From the human T2T-CHM13v2.0 reference genome, Homo sapiens, in the NCBI RefSeq assembly GCF_009914755.1, contig NC_060926.1: DNA of 64,000 nt. One strand, 5' to 3'. Shown piece after piece: positions 61,086 through 64,000 of this stretch; position 1 is the stretch's first letter; the number at the start of each line of letters is the position of its first letter. Below the pieces are notes generated by a model that was not told the DNA's origin, did no database searches, and worked only from the letters and a program-made list of their open reading frames with translations. The position numbers and the translations under genes were made by a program.

Positions 61086-62902
61086 AGCTAAATTAAGAGC
61101 AACAGATCACCTTTTATTTGTACATAACAACAACAACAACAACAAAAGACCCAAAATAGACAAGAAATGAAAAAACTGAAAATTCAAACTCTTATTTCAA
61201 ATGGTATACATTTTCTTATGAATCACCCAAAATGTGAGTTAAGTACCCAAGAATCAGAATAAACCCTTCCTCATGATTGGTGGCCAAGCTCCTCCTCAAT
61301 ATAAGATTTTCTGAACTCCAATATGATTTCTTGAGAGTGATAAGTAACCTAGTAATAATGTTAAGTCCCCAACATGAAGAGTTCTGGCAACAAAAACAGA
61401 AGGTTAAATCTACTTAAAAGACAGAGCAGCCCTGCTAGTGATGTTCCCAAATGAGGTAATGTCCATGGCTCTTATCTAGCCTTTATTGAGATTTAATGTC
61501 ATTTACCCCTGGCTCTCATGAATCTGCCGCATAACCTCACCTTTTCTAATGTGTGTTACTTATAACCATCTCAACACAGCAATTATGAACCTCTGGTTTT
61601 TAAAACGATTAAGAAATGAATCCCACATGTTCTTTTTTGCATGTGCTATAATTTGAGTCTTTCTTCCATAGTCCCAGAAAATTCAGAGATCAGCATATTT
61701 CTTGTTTTCAAGGTATACTATAGAAATACTCTGAGATTTGATATATTTATGTAAACATTTTCAAAGCAGTCAAAATGTATAATTCAAGAAAATGTTCTGT
61801 GAAAGAATTTGTTTTCTGATTATGAAATGATTTCCTGCTTTTGAAAAAAATAACAACTTTATATTTATTTAGCTGGCTCTGGAGGTCCCATGGAGATGAC
61901 CATTCCTTTCAATCCCTAACACCTCTTTTCCAGGTGCAGGCTTTTTAATGATTTCAAAGGTAGCTTTATGTGGAGAGGAATCTATAAGCTGTAGAAAGGA
62001 AAAAGAAAGAGCCCTTCCCAACTTAACCCTTTATGCTTTCCCCATAAAGAACCACAGGATGGACAGAACTAGGACAACACAGGTGTGACACCCAAATGGA
62101 CATGCCAGAAAGACTTTCCACATCCCTTTGACTTCTTTTTCTCAACCAGGGTAAACCAACCTTGATAAAGGTAGGAATCTGTCTGACAAACATGAATATG
62201 ATACCCAACAACCACATTTGCTGGCTTTTATTCAACAAGCCCTTCATCCCACCAACACTTAGGAACAAGAGCAACAGCCACAACAACCCCAGGGTTCTAG
62301 GGTTTTAACCTTTCCACAGGATTTCACATTTTATCTAGCAGAAGAAGTAAACTTGAGACTATCAAAAGTAGCCCAGACACAGAGCAAAAGACCATGTTTT
62401 GTTGCTGGGCAGACTGGTGAAACCCAGCCAGACCTGCCAGTAGCACGTGTGGGAAACAAGGCTGGGAGGCTCATTTGCACAACTGGTGAGAGAGCCCAAG
62501 AAGCAACTCCAACCAAACTACTTGGATAAAGTTCAGCCAAGAGTGGATCTTCAGTAAAGAAAATCTGATGGCTGATCCCCTTGACAAGCTAGGCCTTCCT
62601 TCTAACTCAGATACAGTTCACACTTTGAAAAGGCTGTTCTATATTCCTCATCATTCCAGCCCTGCTCTTTTGAAGAAGCAGCAGAGTCTGACACAATCAA
62701 GAGATGTAAATTTTGAGGCAGAGCAAATGATAATTTTTGAGCCACAATGGTCCATCTTTAAGACCAAGACAATAACCCCTGTCCCTCTCCTAATCACAGG
62801 GATGTAGTGGAAACTCAAGGGAGATGAGTGCTCAAGAGTTTATATTAAAGAAACCACCTAAGACCCATAATGTATGTAACACAGACTAGATTATCTGAAA
62901 CT

Positions 62903-63522
<620 letters not shown>

Positions 63523-63809
63523 AACCTAGAACTTCAGTCCCACCCAAACCAGCAGTTCCCACTTGGGGGCTACCCACTGGGAGCCTTTATGTTGCTCTCT
63601 TTGCATGGGAGACTCCTTCCCTTTCTTTACTTGGCTAACTTCTTCAGTCTCTGCTTAGAGGTCACTTCCTCTGGGACATTTTCCCCGATTTCCTAGACAA
63701 GTCTGGTAGCCCTGCTATGTGTTCAGCCAGCACTTAGCACACTACATCATGACTGCCTATTTTCTGGTCCTTTTTTGTCCTTGGCTCCTTCAAGGCAAAA
63801 ACTGACTTA

Positions 63810-64000
<191 letters not shown>

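Overview
Primate, most likely human, genomic DNA: CpG-depleted, Alu-rich and almost entirely intronic. The only coding feature I can support is one 116-nt minus-strand exon (11480-11595; VFHLLQAYSDSKHGTNSDFQHELTDITVCTKAKLWLAK-R). From memory it matches an internal exon of THADA (2p21, probably exon 30); the supplied ORF track misses it. The rest is two large introns containing about 30 Alu/FLAM copies, old L1M fragments, L2/MIR, one THE1 solo LTR and DNA-transposon fossils (MER20 x3, MER102-like x2, MER5, Tigger3, Charlie). Essentially all ORF-track entries are Alu-derived or chance ORFs. I found no evidence for a new multi-gene system. The most interesting local signals are: (i) candidate cryptic exons in the long upstream intron, including an in-frame 39-nt cassette and a stop-containing exon starting at an AG|GT junction; (ii) a young 5'-truncated AluYc-like insertion; (iii) a tailless tRNA-Gly 5'-half-like insert; (iv) a templated-insertion scar in an L1; (v) a perfect 32-bp tandem expansion in a MER20; (vi) an Alu-plus-flank duplication. 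Repeat subfamily names and most repeat boundaries were read by eye and are approximate.
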